DNA from: a virus
Taxonomy: Duplodnaviria > Caudoviricetes
Virus record (IMG/VR): IMGVR_UViG_3300011261_000111
Span: 1-26,603 of that record
DNA: 26,603 nucleotides
Strand: one strand, 5' to 3'
Program-made: the position numbers and the translations under genes
Part shown: one piece after another, positions 23,952 through 26,603 of the stretch
Layout: every line of letters begins with the position of its first letter
Numbering within the stretch: the stretch's first letter is position 1
The notes under the pieces: model-generated
The model's database searches: none
Seen by the model: the letters and a program-made list of their open reading frames with translations, nothing else
Told to the model about the DNA's origin: nothing

Positions 23952-25589
23952 TTAAAAGTTAGGATTTATGTAGATCACCTTGCCGTCAAACGCACACACA
24001 CCAAGCGATACAAGTACGGGGAAAATGTTCTCTCTCAGGTTTTTCGTCAGGTCTGGTGTCGTCTTAAACACGCTGTTCGGCTTTACGACGGGTGAAAGCG
24101 TGGTGAATTTCCTGATCTCGATTTTAGTGTGTTTGTGCTTGCTCTCGTGCTTAGCAAAATGCAATGCGTCGTAAGTCGCTTTAATCAATGCCGCATCACC
24201 AGCAATACCTTTGTTTTCAGTGATATCAAGAATGCCTTTTTTGAATTGATCGAAGATTTCAATAGCCATACCAACATGTTTTGCTGACACTTTCTTTTTT
24301 CGTGTGCCGTGCATTTTCCATTCTTCGCTGATGTGAATAATGCAGGCCAGCTTGCAAATCTGCTTGTCCGCTTTGCCGATAAAGCCTCGAAGCATGTTGT
24401 TACCAAATTGCCCGTCTGCCTTCATTTCTGACTCATACTCGCACATTTTGTCTAATATGCTCTCGTAACATTCATGGTTAATAACAAGCTCGGTTTCGTC
24501 TGCATTTATGACATTATCAATCATGCCGTCGTAGTCCGCTTGAATCGATGAATCCATAGGAACTTTCTTTTTCGGGTCACGATAGCCGAGCATGTCAGGC
24601 TCTTTCACAAGTAAGAAACGCTCAGCAATGCCGCGACCAGATAAGCCAGCCTGCAAAATGGCATCAATCGCAGGATCTTGAGCAAGCACCGAAAAGCACC
24701 CTTTCACTAATCCGTTAAAACCGACACGAGACGATCTTTTTACGCATACCATTTCATTGTCCCATAGCGACAAGATAAGCCCCATGTTTGAGCCTTTCTC
24801 GCTGTACAACCCACCAATAGGTACCGTGATTGATTCCGCCTCAGCTGACAATACGTTAACGATGCCGCCATGATCGATAGCTGCTTTCTCTAGCGCTTCC
24901 GGTGTCGCATCGGAAATCATCGGGCTAATCTGACCAAGACTTGGAAGCTCAAGTTTTAGCTCGTACAACTTCATTTCGTCCTGTTCGCTTAACCCTTTTT
25001 GGTTCTTTCCTTTTGCCTCTAGCTCCTCAATTTCCTTGATCGTTGCGGCCTGTTTCATCGCTCGCGTAGTGTTGGTTTTCTTGAATGACAATCCAGACTG
25101 CTGTGATAGGTACTTATGAACACCTGATTTCCCCGTGCTTGGCGGCTGAGAGCTACAAACAAAAATATTGATAGGGCTGCCGGACTCTTGACGATATGCC
25201 GAGTCAATTTTATAGGTGAAGTTCCATACCGCAGCGCTGGCCACGCAACCTAGCGCGTGAGCAAAGATCGTGTTAACTGGAAACTGAATCGTCTTAGATA
25301 TCGCCTCAGACATTTTGCCGATCATCAATTTCGGCTGGTGAATCTTAATCGCTGTGTATGCCTGCTCTTCTCCTATTAAATCGTGTCTGATTTGTGGCCA
25401 GTACTGAGGGTGCATATGCTCAAGCGTCGATTTTGAATGATCAATATTGCTTGGTATCGGTGCCAATATCTGTTGGATCGGCATACCTATCTTTGACGAT
25501 AAAACAGCCGCACCTCTGAAAATATCGCCGTTGTTGATCGCCATTTCTTCTTGAAGTAGTTGTGATACTTGTTCTGTTGTGTATGACAT
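23952..25589 (-). CDS. DUF3987/YfjI-family replicative helicase-like ATPase
   Basis: Walker A QPPSTGKS, SDATPEAL, LSAEAE, GRGIAERFL. Confidence 0.8.
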   Translation of the reverse strand: MSYTTEQVSQLLQEEMAINNGDIFRGAAVLSSKIGMPIQQILAPIPSNIDHSKSTLEHMHPQYWPQIRHDLIGEEQAYTAIKIHQPKLMIGKMSEAISKTIQFPVNTIFAHALGCVASAAVWNFTYKIDSAYRQESGSPINIFVCSSQPPSTGKSGVHKYLSQQSGLSFKKTNTTRAMKQAATIKEIEELEAKGKNQKGLSEQDEMKLYELKLELPSLGQISPMISDATPEALEKAAIDHGGIVNVLSAEAESITVPIGGLYSEKGSNMGLILSLWDNEMVCVKRSSRVGFNGLVKGCFSVLAQDPAIDAILQAGLSGRGIAERFLLVKEPDMLGYRDPKKKVPMDSSIQADYDGMIDNVINADETELVINHECYESILDKMCEYESEMKADGQFGNNMLRGFIGKADKQICKLACIIHISEEWKMHGTRKKKVSAKHVGMAIEIFDQFKKGILDITENKGIAGDAALIKATYDALHFAKHESKHKHTKIEIRKFTTLSPVVKPNSVFKTTPDLTKNLRENIFPVLVSLGVCAFDGKVIYINPNF

Positions 25590-25807
25590 TATTTGGCCTT
25601 ATTGTTAGGTGATGTAGGTGAAACCATAAAGTGAGTTACTGAGCCTTGAAATATTTCATCCAGATCTCCGTCTCTATCTTTCCATATTCCACTATCAAAA
25701 TAACAGTCGATCAATCGTCCATGATAGCCATGCGGTTTGACCTCAACCCAAATATCCACTATCAAACCCCTTGGGGTTTCGCCCTCAACACTAATCCATT
25801 CACTCAT
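25589..25807 (-). CDS. DUF551-like protein
   Basis: MSEWISVE...VTHFMVSPTSP. Confidence 0.75.
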   Translation of the reverse strand: MSEWISVEGETPRGLIVDIWVEVKPHGYHGRLIDCYFDSGIWKDRDGDLDEIFQGSVTHFMVSPTSPNNKAK

Positions 25808-26016
25808 AAAACCTCCCCACCTTCTACCTTTCTATATTTCATTGCCGCTTCGCAGTAAGATAGAAGCTCGTCAATGCTTTCAAACTCCTCATTTTCTCCA
25901 TCAATAGATAGAAATAATTCTCCACCAGAAACCCCAATATTTCCGCCAACCCCGTCAGACTCTAGCCAAGTTGCCACTTTGTGAAATCTAATCATCTTCT
26001 TGATTTCTTCTATCAT
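25804..26016 (-). CDS. Hypothetical protein
   Basis: Start reassigned to ATG 26016 (GGAGG SD, ATGA overlap). Confidence 0.75.
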   Translation of the reverse strand: MIEEIKKMIRFHKVATWLESDGVGGNIGVSGGELFLSIDGENEEFESIDELLSYCEAAMKYRKVEGGEVL

Positions 26017-26603
26017 AAAACCTCCTGCCTCATTGATTTTTCGCACCAGTAGCCCTCTAAAGGAGGAATCATCACTGGCACATCTAAACACTCTGTGAAT
26101 TTAACGTGATCCCAAATGTTAGGAACCGCAACCGCAATATCATTGCCGTACTGTTTTTTGCAGTACTCCACTGCCCACACTAGGCGTGCTGGATGACCGC
26201 AAAAGACAATCATTATGTCCGCGCTCAACTTTTGGCGCAAATAGGTAGCATCAATGTAGTCAGTGACGATACATAATTTCTGTGAATGTTGGCCTAGAAT
26301 GCAAATACCTTCGTCCGTTAATTTTCCGCCCCTAAAGTCTTTTTCCTTAATAAAATCAACTGGCTTTCCATATGCCGACAGCGTAACTACTGCTTGACCA
26401 CTATAAACGTAGTGAATGGGCGCAACGATTCCGTATTCATTAAAAAAATACGGCTTCTCGATTTCGGCATTGTCGCGGATCATTTTTGCCGCCTCACCTT
26501 TATCGGTTAGCCCAACAGGTGCAGCTTCCCTTTTCTGGCTTGGTGAGTACCCCATGCGTTCTTTTAGCATCCGAAACGCTTCACCAATATCGATTTGGTA
26601 GAC
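26013..26603 (-). CDS. Probable primase-like (degenerate TOPRIM) protein, 5' end outside window
   Basis: Frame stays open to the window edge (VYQIDIGEAFRM...); LCIVTDYIDATYL resembles a TOPRIM strand; upstream of helicase. Confidence 0.5.
   Translation of the reverse strand, partial: VYQIDIGEAFRMLKERMGYSPSQKREAAPVGLTDKGEAAKMIRDNAEIEKPYFFNEYGIVAPIHYVYSGQAVVTLSAYGKPVDFIKEKDFRGGKLTDEGICILGQHSQKLCIVTDYIDATYLRQKLSADIMIVFCGHPARLVWAVEYCKKQYGNDIAVAVPNIWDHVKFTECLDVPVMIPPLEGYWCEKSMRQEVL

Noticed and set aside
1-26603. Alternative genetic code or suppressor tRNA
   Set aside because: Large genes are uninterrupted in the standard code, TAA, TAG and TGA all act as stops, and tRNA anticodons are GTT and CAT

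Overview
A 26.6 kb segment of a tailed dsDNA phage, probably infecting a gammaproteobacterium (inferred from sigma70-like promoters and gene families; the host is not determinable here). The minus strand carries packaging and head genes (TerS, HNH-AP2, TerL, DUF1073 portal, Mu gpF-like protein, protease/scaffold, cement, major capsid protein), a lysis pair (TM+GAF T4-T-like holin, pesticin-like endolysin), SSB, a DUF4942-type methyltransferase and a primase plus DUF3987 helicase. The head module is split by islands of small genes whose promoters share an AGATTAAT box. The most unusual part is a roughly 850-nt non-coding RNA cluster (387-1260). It holds anti-Shine-Dalgarno hairpins, a tRNA-like RNA with no anticodon loop, an orphan extended SD, tRNA-Asn, tRNA-Ile2/Met(CAT) and a C4-type RNA. 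Two c4-a1b1-like leaders lie upstream of the AP2-domain genes. Also seen are tandem gene cassettes with identical ends but unrelated middles, and iteron-like repeats at two distant loci. Family names come from recognising motifs by eye and RNA structures were folded by eye; no database search was run.
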